Shown here: positions 1 to 9,090 of the stretch, in pieces
Numbering within the stretch: position 1 is the stretch's first letter
How the letters are laid out: each line of letters starts with the position of its first letter
Origin: Aciduliprofundum boonei T469
GTDB taxonomy: Archaea; Thermoplasmatota; Thermoplasmata; Thermoplasmatales; Aciduliprofundaceae
Direction of reading: 5' to 3'
NCBI RefSeq assembly: GCF_000025665.1
Contig: NC_013926.1
Span: forward strand, 630,001-662,000
Length of the DNA stretch: 32,000 bases
The notes under the pieces: generated by a model
Databases searched by the model: none
Told to the model about the DNA's origin: nothing
The model's input: only the letters and a program-made list of their open reading frames with translations
Position numbers and translations under genes: made by a program

Positions 1-26
1 ATACACTCATGTGGATGATGCCCTTC

Positions 27-1154
27 TCAAATCCGTTTACGATAAGGTCTTGCAGGAATACTGAGGTACTTCATCAAGGATGGCTTTTTGCGAAATATCT
101 TTATGGCTACTTTAGAAGGATAATCAATATCCCCCTCTTCATTTATTATTTTTATTACTTTTTCATCATTCAAAATTTTGATTATTTTGTTGAATTCATC
201 ATCTCTGAATTTTGTGTATAATCTGTGCAAATATGAGGCGTATTTTAGCTCTTTTCCTATTCCATTCCTCCAGCAAGTTTCATAATTCTTTAAGGCATTT
301 TCGGAGTAATCTCCACGCTCCAATGCATCCTTTATTGCCTTAATTGCACATTTTGCACACATAAGTCCTGGATAAACTCCTCCACCGCTTGTTGCTTTCA
401 CCTGTCCAGCAGCATCGCCCACTATAAGCATCCCCCTTGCATATGTCCTTTCCACAGTGTTTATGGGTATTCCTCCTCCAGATATGGATAGGGGCTGCAC
501 TTTTAATTTTTTCATCAACTTCTTAAGGTATAGCCAGGAGCTCTTGTAACTTGCAAGTCCTATCTTTGCCAGGTCATCGAACAGAGGAATTCTCCAGGCG
601 AAGAATCCTGGAGCTATGGAAGATCCTATGAAAATCTCCACAGTATCTTCATCTAAATGAGAATGAGCAATTATCTGGGCAGCCCCCAAAATTTTCGGTG
701 CGCCTATTCCCATCTCTTTCCTCACAATACTGTTTATTCCATCTGCTCCAACTATTATTTTTGCTTTATATTCACCTTTGCTTGTACTTATATCTGTATA
801 TTTCACCTTTTTAACTCTCTCTTTTAAATGTATCTCCGCACCCTTTGCGCCAGCCATTTTTGCAAGCTCTCTATCAAATTTTACCCTATCCACTACATAG
901 CCCCTTACTTTATCATTACCTATTCTTAGTTTGCTTCCATCTGGTGCGTATATAACTGCCTTTTTTGCAGGGTGCAAGATTCCTATTTTTCCCACTATGT
1001 CAAATATGTTTGTAGAGAACAATCCAGAGCAATGTGATGGATTACCAATCTCGCTATGCTCTTCAAAAATGATTACATTGTATCCTAATGAGGCGATTTC
1101 TTTACCTATGAAAGAGCCAATGGGCCCGGCACCAACGATAGCAACATCGTACAC
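27..1154 (-). CDS. Geranylgeranyl reductase family FAD-dependent oxidoreductase (archaeal isoprenoid/lipid saturase-like)
   Basis: 375-aa ORF. It has the N-terminal Rossmann FAD motif DVAIVGAGPIGS and the later IVGADG and VGDAAG motifs typical of the GGR family. Confidence 0.8.
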   Translation of the reverse strand: MYDVAIVGAGPIGSFIGKEIASLGYNVIIFEEHSEIGNPSHCSGLFSTNIFDIVGKIGILHPAKKAVIYAPDGSKLRIGNDKVRGYVVDRVKFDRELAKMAGAKGAEIHLKERVKKVKYTDISTSKGEYKAKIIVGADGINSIVRKEMGIGAPKILGAAQIIAHSHLDEDTVEIFIGSSIAPGFFAWRIPLFDDLAKIGLASYKSSWLYLKKLMKKLKVQPLSISGGGIPINTVERTYARGMLIVGDAAGQVKATSGGGVYPGLMCAKCAIKAIKDALERGDYSENALKNYETCWRNGIGKELKYASYLHRLYTKFRDDEFNKIIKILNDEKVIKIINEEGDIDYPSKVAIKIFRKKPSLMKYLSIPARPYRKRI

Positions 1155-1226
1155 GGAAGCGAGATGTGTTGATTTCCTAAATAATTTGTGCCAAAAATCT
1201 TTATCTTATTGTGGAATTAAAGGGAT

Positions 1227-3008
1227 ATGAAGGATTCAATGCTATCCTTGGACATCTACGCTTGGCTCAAAGAGAACAGAGAGTTTATAGAAGGAGGATT
1301 TTTTAAGAAGATTTATCAAGTGGGTGAGAGAGAATTTCTTTTCAAGATATATAAGGGAGAGACAAAGCCGCTCTATGTGAATCTCCGCGGCTGGCTCTTT
1401 TTTGATGATAGAGAGACACCTTTGGAGCCGAGCATGTTCGTTATGTTCCTTCGGAAGAGATTCTCTGGAAAGAAAATTGTGAAATTTTATCAGTTCAATT
1501 TTGACAGGATAATCATTTTTGAAGTCCCGAATGGCTACTCTCTTATAATTGAGTTATTTGGCGATGGAAATATAATAGTGACTAGGGACGGAATCATAGA
1601 GAGAGCCTATAAAGAGAGGGAATGGAGACACAGAAGAATAATTAAGGGTGAAGAGTATGTGCCACCACCGCAGTCCCTGCATCCATTGAAGGATATAGAA
1701 AGGGTATGCGATGAAATAAATTCTTCTCAGTATGATATTGTTCGTACCCTTGCAAGAAGGTTCAATCTTGGAAAGTATGCTGAGGAGGTGTGCATCAGGG
1801 CGGGGGTGGATAAAAATGCAAAAAATGTAAGCAAGGAGTGTAATAAGTTAAAGGAGGCAATTAAAGAAATTTTTAGATTTTCTGGAGGATACATTTATCC
1901 TGGATTTTTCTCACCATTAGAGCTCAAGATGTTCGATGAGCCAGAGAAGAAATTTGAGAGTTTCAATGAAGCCATAAAAAATTACATAAGTGAGGAGAGT
2001 AAGGTTGAGAATCCAGAAGTTCTAAAGGTGAGGAGAAGAATTGAAGAGATTGAAAAATCCATTGAGAATTTTGAGGGGGAGGCTGAAAAGAGCAGGAAAA
2101 TTGGAGATTTGATATACGCCCATTTTGCAGAGATTGAAGATATGTTTAATAGAATGAAAAGGGGAGAATTGAATTACGATAGAAAGGGAAAGAGTGTAGA
2201 AATTGAATTGGAAGGAGAGAAAATAAAATTATATGTGGATAAAAGCGTAGGAGAAAATGCGGGTATTTATTATGATAGGTCTAAAAAGATGAGAGAAAAA
2301 ATAAAGGGGGCAAGGGAAGCTTTAGAAAAAGCAAAAGAAGAGTTGAAAAAGGTCAAGAAGAAAGAGGAGAAGAAAAAGAAGGAGATAAGGAAAAATCGCC
2401 GAAGATTTTGGTTTGAGAAATATAGGTGGTTCATAAGTTCTGAGGGTATACTGGTTATAGCTGGTAGAGATGCTAAGACTAATGAAGAGGTCGTAAAGAA
2501 ACATCTTGGAAATGGAGATTTATATATGCACGCAGATATCCACGGTGCTCCAAGCGTTGTGATAAAGTCAGAGGGTAAGGAGATCGGGGAAAAAACATTG
2601 CAAGAGGCGGCACAATTCGCAGTGAGTATGAGCAAGGCATGGAATGCAGGGTTTGGAAATCTAAGTGCATACTGGGTATATCCCTCTCAGGTCAGCAAGA
2701 TGGGGGAGAGCGGAGAATATGTTGCCAGAGGTGCGTGGGTAGTGCATGGAAAGAGAAATTACATACACAAGGTTCCATTGCAGCTCGCAGTGGGGGAAAT
2801 AGAATATCAAAGGGTGAAAATGGTTATGTGTGCTCCTCCAGATTCTGTGAGGGTTAGAGCATCTAAGTATATTTTGATAGAGCCAGGAGACATAAAGAAG
2901 GATGAATTTGCCAAAGAAATATCAAGGATATATGGGATCTCTGTGGAAGAAGCTCTAAGAATATTGCCTCCGGGAAGAATAAGAGTGTTGGAGAGGAAGG
3001 GTTTATAA
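1227..3008 (+). CDS. NFACT family protein (FbpA/RqcH/Rqc2-like, ribosome quality control homolog)
   Basis: 593 aa. It has an N-terminal NFACT-N-like region and a central Lys/Glu-rich coiled coil. The C-terminal DUF814/NFACT-R signature reads VIAGRDAKTNEEVVKKH...DLYMHADIHGAPSVVIK. Confidence 0.8.
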   Translation: MKDSMLSLDIYAWLKENREFIEGGFFKKIYQVGEREFLFKIYKGETKPLYVNLRGWLFFDDRETPLEPSMFVMFLRKRFSGKKIVKFYQFNFDRIIIFEVPNGYSLIIELFGDGNIIVTRDGIIERAYKEREWRHRRIIKGEEYVPPPQSLHPLKDIERVCDEINSSQYDIVRTLARRFNLGKYAEEVCIRAGVDKNAKNVSKECNKLKEAIKEIFRFSGGYIYPGFFSPLELKMFDEPEKKFESFNEAIKNYISEESKVENPEVLKVRRRIEEIEKSIENFEGEAEKSRKIGDLIYAHFAEIEDMFNRMKRGELNYDRKGKSVEIELEGEKIKLYVDKSVGENAGIYYDRSKKMREKIKGAREALEKAKEELKKVKKKEEKKKKEIRKNRRRFWFEKYRWFISSEGILVIAGRDAKTNEEVVKKHLGNGDLYMHADIHGAPSVVIKSEGKEIGEKTLQEAAQFAVSMSKAWNAGFGNLSAYWVYPSQVSKMGESGEYVARGAWVVHGKRNYIHKVPLQLAVGEIEYQRVKMVMCAPPDSVRVRASKYILIEPGDIKKDEFAKEISRIYGISVEEALRILPPGRIRVLERKGL

Positions 3009-3041
3009 TTTTATACAAATTGCAAAATTGAAACTTTTAAA

Positions 3042-3054
3042 TACGAAAAGCGTA
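3042..3054. promoter_or_regulatory. 13-bp near-palindrome TACGAAAAGCGTA between a TATA-like box and the Lrp-family gene start
   Basis: TACG/CGTA arms are perfect, with one mismatch in a 5-3-5 reading. A second ACGAA box lies at 3064-3068, 21 bp away. TATA-like CTTTTAAATA lies at 3034-3043. Confidence 0.35.
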
Positions 3055-3078
3055 ATAGGGATAACGAAAGGTGGTAAA

Positions 3079-3582
3079 ATGGAACCGTTAAAATGTAATC
3101 TGATAACAAGGTGGAAATCTATGGATAGAACGCTCATTCCTGTTGATGACCTTGATTTGTCAATTCTCTGTGCTTTGAGACAAAATGCTAGAATCTCGAA
3201 TTTAGAACTTGCAAAAGAGCTTGGTGTAAGTGAGGCAACTGTTAGGAGAAGGGTGAAGATTTTAGAAGAGAAGGGAATAATAAAGGGCTATTCAGCGCTT
3301 ATAAACTGTCATGCCGTGGAAAATAGCATTAAGGCGTTTGTTTATATAAAGGTGGATAAGAGGCATATAGATGAGATTGCCAATGAGCTTATGAAAGAAA
3401 ACAGGCTTATAACACTTTATAGAATTCTTGGAGAATATGATTTGCTCTGTGAGTGCTTATTTTTGAGCATGAAAGAGTTGCAGGAATTTACAGATAAAAA
3501 ACTCAAGATGGAGGGTGTAATCACCACAGTGACACATGTGGTTTCCAGGGCTTACAGACCTTGTGAATGGGTTGGGATATAA
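3079..3582 (+). CDS. Lrp/AsnC (FFRP) family transcriptional regulator
   Basis: The HTH reads LDLSILCALRQNARISNLELAKELGVSEATVRRRVKILEEKGIIKGY, followed by a RAM-like C-terminal domain. The track ORF begins at a TTG (3028). I prefer the ATG at 3079, which is preceded by SD-like AGGTGGT; the ATG at 3121 is also possible. Confidence 0.85.
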   Translation: MEPLKCNLITRWKSMDRTLIPVDDLDLSILCALRQNARISNLELAKELGVSEATVRRRVKILEEKGIIKGYSALINCHAVENSIKAFVYIKVDKRHIDEIANELMKENRLITLYRILGEYDLLCECLFLSMKELQEFTDKKLKMEGVITTVTHVVSRAYRPCEWVGI

Positions 3583-3599
3583 TTCTTCTATTTTCTCAA

Positions 3600-3605
3600 T
3601 TTTTT
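3600..3605 (+). terminator. Oligo-T tract (T6) 18 nt after the Lrp stop; possible archaeal intrinsic terminator
   Basis: The sequence caaTTTTTTgg follows the stop codon at 3580-3582. Archaeal termination commonly uses T-runs. Confidence 0.3.
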
Positions 3606-3633
3606 GGATGGGCATTTTCGTCTTCTTTTTATA

Positions 3634-3644
3634 ACGAATTTCGT
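3634..3644. promoter_or_regulatory. Perfect palindrome ACGAATTTCGT in the mbh promoter region
   Basis: Reads as ACGA-N3-TCGT (equally ACGAA-T-TTCGT). Extra half-sites are TCGT 3618-3621 and ACGAA 3675-3679. TATA-like ATATATTTATTTA lies at 3684-3696 and the mbhA ATG at 3722. Confidence 0.4.
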
Positions 3645-3721
3645 ATTTGAATTTTCTATTTTATTCATAAAAAAACGAAAAACATATATTTATTTATGTA
3701 ATTACCTTATATGGTGATAAA

Positions 3722-4243
3722 ATGTTGGCGTTTATAATTACGGCTGTTGTCACATTCGTAACATATCTCATACTTACTGCAGGTAGTGGTAATTTTCTAC
3801 TATTTTGGTCTCCATCTGAAATTATAATGGGGATATTTCTGAGCTTAATAGTAGGTTTTATAACTCGAAATTATTTATGCAAATCGAAGAATTATAGGAT
3901 GTTAAATCCCATCCGCTGGCTTCTTTTCATTGTTTATGGTTTTGGACCTTTTTTCTTTGCTATGGCCAAGGCAAATATTGATGTTGCTTATAGGGTCATA
4001 ACTGGGAAAATTAGACCCGGGATAGTTAAAATAGATCCCAAACTTAAAACCGATTATGGAATAACTTTCCTAGCCAATTCCATAACTCTTACCCCTGGAA
4101 CCCTCACCGTAGATGTGGACGATAACAATGTCCTGTATGTGCATTGGATAAATGTGCCTGAGGGAGAAGAAAAAAAAGAGTATGCAGATATAAATAAGGT
4201 TTGTGGGTCATTTCCAAAATGGACAAGGAGGGTTGCAGAATGA
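3722..4243 (+). CDS. mbhA: Membrane-bound hydrogenase subunit MbhA (MrpE/MnhE-like)
   Basis: 173 aa with N-terminal TM helices plus a soluble tail, MnhE-like. It is the first gene of a 14-gene cluster whose order and sizes match Pyrococcus/Thermococcus mbhA-N. SD-like GGTGA lies upstream. Confidence 0.8.
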   Translation: MLAFIITAVVTFVTYLILTAGSGNFLLFWSPSEIIMGIFLSLIVGFITRNYLCKSKNYRMLNPIRWLLFIVYGFGPFFFAMAKANIDVAYRVITGKIRPGIVKIDPKLKTDYGITFLANSITLTPGTLTVDVDDNNVLYVHWINVPEGEEKKEYADINKVCGSFPKWTRRVAE

Positions 4244-4497
4244 TAGATATATGGTTTCTTACAGCTTTTATTCTGATGGTATGGATCTTTATGTCATTAA
4301 TTAGAATCATTTTGGGTCCAACTGCTCCAGATAGGGTGGTTGGGCTGGATACTATAAATACGCTGATTGTGGCTCTTATGGTAATATTAGCAGTGGCTTA
4401 CAATCAGATGATATATGTGGATATAGCCATAGTGTATGCTCTGTTATCTTTCGTGAGTACTCTATACATTGCGAAATATTTAGAGGGGGGGATTTAA
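4240..4497 (+). CDS. mbhB: Mbh subunit MbhB (MrpF/MnhF-like)
   Basis: Small 3-TM protein containing RIILGPTAPDRVVGLDT, an MnhF signature. The start is set at the ATG forming an ATGA overlap with the mbhA stop; the track ORF starts earlier at 4201. Confidence 0.8.
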   Translation: MIDIWFLTAFILMVWIFMSLIRIILGPTAPDRVVGLDTINTLIVALMVILAVAYNQMIYVDIAIVYALLSFVSTLYIAKYLEGGI

Positions 4498-4854
4498 ATG
4501 TGGACGGAATATCTCATATATATTTTCATTGGGATAGGCCTTACTTTTAATGGCCTAGGTACCATAGGTCTTTTGAGATTTCCAGATGTCTATACTAGAT
4601 TACATGCCGCTACAAAAGCCACCACCTTTGGCTCCATATTCACATCTCTTGCGGTTGTTACTTGGGCTTTTACTCAACTGTATTTAACTGGACAGGCATG
4701 GGGTCTCACTCTTGCTTTACATACCTTTGTTGCCATAGCCGCTTTGCTACTCACGAATCCTGTTGGTGCACATGCTATTGCTAGAGCTGCACATAGAAGT
4801 GGAGTTTTGCCGAAGTATGCAGTGGTAGATAAGCTAGAGGAGGTGAAAAAATGA
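4498..4854 (+). CDS. mbhC: Mbh subunit MbhC (MrpG/MnhG-like)
   Basis: 118 aa with the MnhG signature LLRFPDVYTRLHAATKATTFG. The start codon abuts the mbhB stop. Confidence 0.85.
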   Translation: MWTEYLIYIFIGIGLTFNGLGTIGLLRFPDVYTRLHAATKATTFGSIFTSLAVVTWAFTQLYLTGQAWGLTLALHTFVAIAALLLTNPVGAHAIARAAHRSGVLPKYAVVDKLEEVKK

Positions 4855-5105
4855 TATTTGAAAACCTTCTTCAAATCCTTCTTCTTGCAGGTTTAATAAT
4901 TAGTGCATATCTGGCGATAAGATATCGGGATTTATTAGCTTGTGCAGTAGCATTGGGAGTATTCTCTTTTCTCTTATCCCTGGAATTCTATATCCTTCAA
5001 GCACCGGATGTGGCAATAGCTGAAGCAGGTATCGGGGCAGGACTTACAACCGCAATATTCATTCTTGCAATTAAAGGCACTTATAGATGGGAGGTGGAAG
5101 AATGA
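4851..5105 (+). CDS. mbhD: Mbh subunit MbhD (DUF4040-type small membrane subunit)
   Basis: 84 aa, 3 TM, with a [15 protein letters not shown] motif. It has an ATGA overlap with mbhC. Confidence 0.75.
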   Translation: MIFENLLQILLLAGLIISAYLAIRYRDLLACAVALGVFSFLLSLEFYILQAPDVAIAEAGIGAGLTTAIFILAIKGTYRWEVEE

Positions 5106-5407
5106 GGAAGTTGCTGTTATGTTCTGCTCTGATCGTTGTGCTGGCAGCATTTCTATATGTTTCAATAAATCCAGCTGATTTTGGTCATCCCACTGGTGAT
5201 CATTTGGTATTTGGACACCCAAAGTATACGGATATGGATAATTATTTTATTCATAATGGTCAGAATCAGACAGGGGCGAATAATATAGTTACCAGCATAG
5301 TGTTCGATTATAGAGGTTTTGATACTTTGGGAGAAGCATCTGTACTGTTTACGGCTGTTCTCGCAGTGGGGGTGGTCTTAAGGATCTTGAGGAGGGATGC
5401 CAAATGA
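5102..5407 (+). CDS. mbhE: Mbh subunit MbhE (MnhB N-terminal-like small membrane subunit)
   Basis: Contains the motif [24 protein letters not shown]. The start is set at the ATG overlapping the mbhD stop; the track start is 5087. Confidence 0.75.
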   Translation: MRKLLLCSALIVVLAAFLYVSINPADFGHPTGDHLVFGHPKYTDMDNYFIHNGQNQTGANNIVTSIVFDYRGFDTLGEASVLFTAVLAVGVVLRILRRDAK

Positions 5408-5871
5408 TGAGTAAAATAGTTCGGACTCAGGCAAACTTTCTTTATCCTCTCATTATGATTTTTGGATTTTATGTAGTTGCCCATGGACATCTAACCCCGG
5501 GGGGTGGTTTTCAAGGTGGTGCTGTTATAGCCACTGGTGTAGCCCTTATTGCGGTAGCTTATAGCTATAAGAATGTGAAATCGTGGATAAAGAAAACTCA
5601 CTTATCTGGAGCAGAAGCCGTAGGTCTTTTAACTTTCATAATTACAGCACTCTTAGGTATAAGCACATCGTTTTTCTATAATTGGCTTGCAAATACAGGC
5701 TTGCTTTTTGGAAAACCTGTGCCTTATGGTATAAATCCTGGCTATCTGAATACCGCGGGAGTTATTCCCATAATGAATTTTGCGGTGGGAATAGAGGTTC
5801 TAGGTGGTCTGGGTGTCATCATAATGTACTATCTTCACTACATAAAGGAGGTGAGTAAGGATGCTGTTTAA
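5404..5871 (+). CDS. mbhF: Mbh subunit MbhF (MrpB/MnhB-like)
   Basis: 155 aa with the MnhB-domain signature [13 protein letters not shown]. It has an ATGA overlap with mbhE. Confidence 0.8.
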   Translation: MMSKIVRTQANFLYPLIMIFGFYVVAHGHLTPGGGFQGGAVIATGVALIAVAYSYKNVKSWIKKTHLSGAEAVGLLTFIITALLGISTSFFYNWLANTGLLFGKPVPYGINPGYLNTAGVIPIMNFAVGIEVLGGLGVIIMYYLHYIKEVSKDAV

Positions 5872-6205
5872 TTTAGTTTATATCACAGTAGCAGTTGTGA
5901 TAATCATCGGTCTCTATGCCGCTCTTTTTAAGAGAAATCTAATAAAAATAGTGATTGGCCTGAGTCTCATAGAAAGTGGAGTAAATCTTTTCCTTGTCTC
6001 TTTGGGATATCGTGAGGGCGGAATTGCCCCCATTTACACAAATGCTCCTTCTACCTATATGGTTTTACCTACACCTCAGGCACTTACTCTAACATCGATA
6101 GTTATAGGAGTGGCCACAACGGCTATGCTTTTAGCCTTTTGTGTTGTGATTTATAGATATTATGGAACCTTGGACTCTAGAAAGGTAAGGAGGTTGAAAG
6201 GATGA
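5861..6205 (+). CDS. mbhG: Mbh subunit MbhG (MrpC/NuoK-like)
   Basis: 114 aa, 3 TM, containing GLSLIESGVNLFLV, which is NuoK/MnhC-like. Confidence 0.8.
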   Translation: MLFNLVYITVAVVIIIGLYAALFKRNLIKIVIGLSLIESGVNLFLVSLGYREGGIAPIYTNAPSTYMVLPTPQALTLTSIVIGVATTAMLLAFCVVIYRYYGTLDSRKVRRLKG

Positions 6206-7779
6206 TATGGGATGTTTTAGTTGAGCACGCCCCTGCCTTTATTATAATTGTGCCGCTGATCGCCGCCTTCGCCACTCCGGTAATATCTCGGGTGAGTGCC
6301 AGAGCCAGAAACATATGGGTAATATTGGCTCTGGCACTAACAGAAATATTCGTGGTAATACTCCTTTACCAAGTTTATAATTTTGGTACACAGGTGTATG
6401 TTTTTGGAGCGACATCTCCTAATTTAACTGTTCCTCCAGATTCTGGAGGAATTCCTATCAGAATAATATTTGTAGTTGATGGTATGAGTATCTTTATGGC
6501 ATTTACCGCCTCCACGGTGGCTTTGGCAGGAGTTATTTACTCAATATCCTGTGAAAAAGAACAAACTGGGCAAGATAAATATTACTCCCTTCTTCTCCTT
6601 ATGACTGTGGGTATGCTGGGAATGATGTTAACAGGAGACCTTTTTAATTTCTTTGTATTCCTTGAGATAAACTCTTTGGCTTCTGCAGCTCTTGTGGCCT
6701 ACCGAGTGGATAGAGGTGTGGCAGTAGAGGCAGCGTTCAAGTACGCTATTATAAGTTCTTTGGGAGGATTAATGGTTCTCTTTGCTATAGGGATACTTTA
6801 TGGAGAGTATGATGCTTTGAATATGGCCATGGTTGCTTATAGAATGCATGCCACAGGCTTTTCAAATCTTGACAAGATAGCAATGGCTCTGTTAACCGTA
6901 ACCTTAGCCATGAAGGCTGGAGCAATACCTATGCACTTCTGGGTACCTGATGGATACGGCAAGGCTCCAGGAGCTATAAGTGCCATGCTGGTAACTGCCT
7001 CACAGGCCTCTCTCTATGGGCTTTTCAGGGTTAATTTTACAGTATTTGGGCTTGCAGCCAATACCTTTACCCTTGGCTGGTTTATTATAATTCTTGGTGT
7101 TTTGAGTATGTTTGTGGGAGTTACAATGGCACTTATACAGCATGATATAAAGAGACTTATGGCCTATCATGCCATTTCTCAAACAGGATATATGCTCTTG
7201 GGTGTGGGTGTGGGATTAGCAACCCTTGGAACTGCTGCATTTCACCAATATGGTTTTGCTGCCATGGAGGGAGGAATATTCCACATAATTAACCATGCCA
7301 TGTATAAGGGTCTCTTGTTCCTAACAGCCGGGGCGATAATTTATAGGGTTGGCACCTCAGATCTGGATAAAATGGGTGGCCTTGGGCATACTATGAAATA
7401 CACTATGATATTCTTTATGATTGGGGCTCTGGCCATAGCAGGTATTCCTCCATTTAATGGTTTTGCATCCAAGTTGCTTATATACGAATCGGTTTATCAA
7501 TTCAATCCTATACTTTCGATTCTTGCAATGATTGTAAGCATACTTACCTTGGCATCCTTCGTTAAGGTATTCCACTCTGCCTTTATGGGACCCAAGAGGT
7601 ACGATGTTAAGGAGGTACCTCTACCAATGCTTGTTGGAATGGGTATATTGACATTCTTCATAATATTCTTTGGACTGTTCCCCAACATAGCAATGCAATA
7701 TCTAGTGACTCCAGCCGCCACCGCTCTTTCTGATCCCGTGGGTTATATAACTCGTGTACTAGGAGGTGGTTTTCCATGA
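6202..7779 (+). CDS. mbhH: Mbh subunit MbhH (MrpD / NuoL-M-N antiporter-like subunit)
   Basis: 525 aa and about 14 TM. Proton-conducting membrane transporter motifs are present (MKAGAIPMHFWVPDGY, RLMAYHAISQTGYML, HAMYKGLLFLTAG). Confidence 0.85.
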   Translation: MIWDVLVEHAPAFIIIVPLIAAFATPVISRVSARARNIWVILALALTEIFVVILLYQVYNFGTQVYVFGATSPNLTVPPDSGGIPIRIIFVVDGMSIFMAFTASTVALAGVIYSISCEKEQTGQDKYYSLLLLMTVGMLGMMLTGDLFNFFVFLEINSLASAALVAYRVDRGVAVEAAFKYAIISSLGGLMVLFAIGILYGEYDALNMAMVAYRMHATGFSNLDKIAMALLTVTLAMKAGAIPMHFWVPDGYGKAPGAISAMLVTASQASLYGLFRVNFTVFGLAANTFTLGWFIIILGVLSMFVGVTMALIQHDIKRLMAYHAISQTGYMLLGVGVGLATLGTAAFHQYGFAAMEGGIFHIINHAMYKGLLFLTAGAIIYRVGTSDLDKMGGLGHTMKYTMIFFMIGALAIAGIPPFNGFASKLLIYESVYQFNPILSILAMIVSILTLASFVKVFHSAFMGPKRYDVKEVPLPMLVGMGILTFFIIFFGLFPNIAMQYLVTPAATALSDPVGYITRVLGGGFP

Positions 7780-8123
7780 ACTTTGATTTTCTAACACCAT
7801 ATGGTTTCTGGAATCCTATTCTGTGGCTCTTGGTAATATTCGTTGCCCTTCTGGTGGCATATTTAATATGGCTTCGGGGGAATCCAGGATATAAAAGAGG
7901 TACGGATCAAACAAAACCTTTCCTTTCTGGTTATGCTCCAGAATCCAGGGAGAGTACGAGAGTATCGGCCTCAAACATATACTGGGGATTCACATCGGCC
8001 CTGAAGAGGTATTACAATTTCCTAAGGAAAATGCATACTGGTGATATACGGGATTATCTTGGATGGTATGTGGGAATAGTTGCCATAATGCTCATCCTCT
8101 ACATCCTGTGGGGTGGTGCCTAA
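7776..8123 (+). CDS. mbhI: Mbh subunit MbhI (small 2-TM linker subunit)
   Basis: 115 aa with TM helices at both ends. Position and size match mbhI between the antiporter-like and NuoB-like genes. Confidence 0.65.
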   Translation: MNFDFLTPYGFWNPILWLLVIFVALLVAYLIWLRGNPGYKRGTDQTKPFLSGYAPESRESTRVSASNIYWGFTSALKRYYNFLRKMHTGDIRDYLGWYVGIVAIMLILYILWGGA

Positions 8124-8563
8124 TGCCCAAATTACCCTCCAAGAGCTTTGATCGTTCACTTTGGGTATTTCATGTTAACACCGGCTCCTGCAATGGATGT
8201 GATATTGAGATTCTTGCTGCGCTCACACCTAGATATGATGTTGAGAGATTTGGTATAAAACTTGTTGGTTCTCCAAGGCATGCAGATGCTCTCCTCGTTA
8301 CAGGGCCAGTCACGAGGGATATGGAGGATAAGGTAAAGCGTTTCTACGAGCAGGTACCAGACCCCAAGGTTGTTATCGTTATAGGCTCCTGTGGGATAAG
8401 TGGAGGAGTTTTCCATGAATCCTATAACCTTGTCGGTCCGGTGGACAAGGTAATTCCAGTGGATGTATATGTACCAGGATGTCCTCCTAGGCCAGAGGCT
8501 ATAATTGATGGCGTTGTGAAAGCGTGGATGAAACTGGAAAGATTGAGGAGGGAGAAAAAATGA
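8123..8563 (+). CDS. mbhJ: Mbh subunit MbhJ ([NiFe] hydrogenase small subunit, NuoB-like)
   Basis: Carries the proximal [4Fe-4S] ligands CNGCDIE, GSCGISGG and VPGCPPRPE. The start is set at ATG 8123, overlapping the mbhI stop (TAATG); the track start is 8063. Confidence 0.9.
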   Translation: MPKLPSKSFDRSLWVFHVNTGSCNGCDIEILAALTPRYDVERFGIKLVGSPRHADALLVTGPVTRDMEDKVKRFYEQVPDPKVVIVIGSCGISGGVFHESYNLVGPVDKVIPVDVYVPGCPPRPEAIIDGVVKAWMKLERLRREKK

Positions 8564-9090
8564 AAACAGAAGATGTAATAAATATGATAAAGAAGAGGAT
8601 TGATTGCGAGATAAATATCAAAGAGATCCCTTGTGGGCTCAAAAAGATAAAGAGAACCAATATATTCGTAAATATAAAACGTGAGGATTTCCGCAAATTT
8701 ATGGATTTACTTTTTGAGATACAAGATTATCCTCATTTTGCAGTTATATCTGTGACAGATTTGGGAGAGGATATGGAACTCCTTTATCATTTTACCATTG
8801 ATTATGGTAAGCAAAACGATGAGAAGACTATTTCCCTTAGGGTTAAATTACCCAAGAATGACCTTAGAATTGAAACAATAACTGATCTTATACCTGGAGC
8901 GATGATATCAGAAAGGGAGATTCATGAGATGGTTGGTGTAGATTTCATAGGACTTGAGGATACGAGACATTTCTTCTTGCCGGAGAATTGGCCTGAAGGT
9001 AAATATCCTTGGCGTAGAGATGAAACATTTCCTAGCGAGATGCTAAATAAGTTATATGAAACATGGAAGGAGGATGATAAGGATGAGTGA
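8560..9090 (+). CDS. mbhK: Mbh subunit MbhK (NuoC-like)
   Basis: NuoC/HycE-N-like, with ISEREIHEMVGVDFIGLEDTRHFFLPENWPEGKYPWRRD. It has an ATGA overlap with mbhJ. Confidence 0.85.
   Translation: MKTEDVINMIKKRIDCEINIKEIPCGLKKIKRTNIFVNIKREDFRKFMDLLFEIQDYPHFAVISVTDLGEDMELLYHFTIDYGKQNDEKTISLRVKLPKNDLRIETITDLIPGAMISEREIHEMVGVDFIGLEDTRHFFLPENWPEGKYPWRRDETFPSEMLNKLYETWKEDDKDE

Noticed and set aside
2270-2420. A purine-rich, repetitive AAG/GAA/AAA stretch that looks like a tandem repeat.
   Set aside because: It is the Lys/Glu-rich coiled-coil linker of the NFACT protein (KEELKKVKKKEEKKKKEIRK), that is, coding low complexity and not a repeat array or CRISPR.
3028-3078. Long N-terminal extensions given by the ORF track for several genes: the Lrp gene at 3028, mbhB at 4201, mbhJ at 8063, mbhK at 8524, mbhL at 9056, ArsR at 18012, ferredoxin at 17979 and hycI at 27886.
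   Set aside because: The extensions start at TTG/GTG or lack an SD, overlap upstream genes or promoters, and add non-homologous residues. Internal ATGs with GGTG/AGGAGG-type SDs or ATGA coupling give family-typical N-termini.
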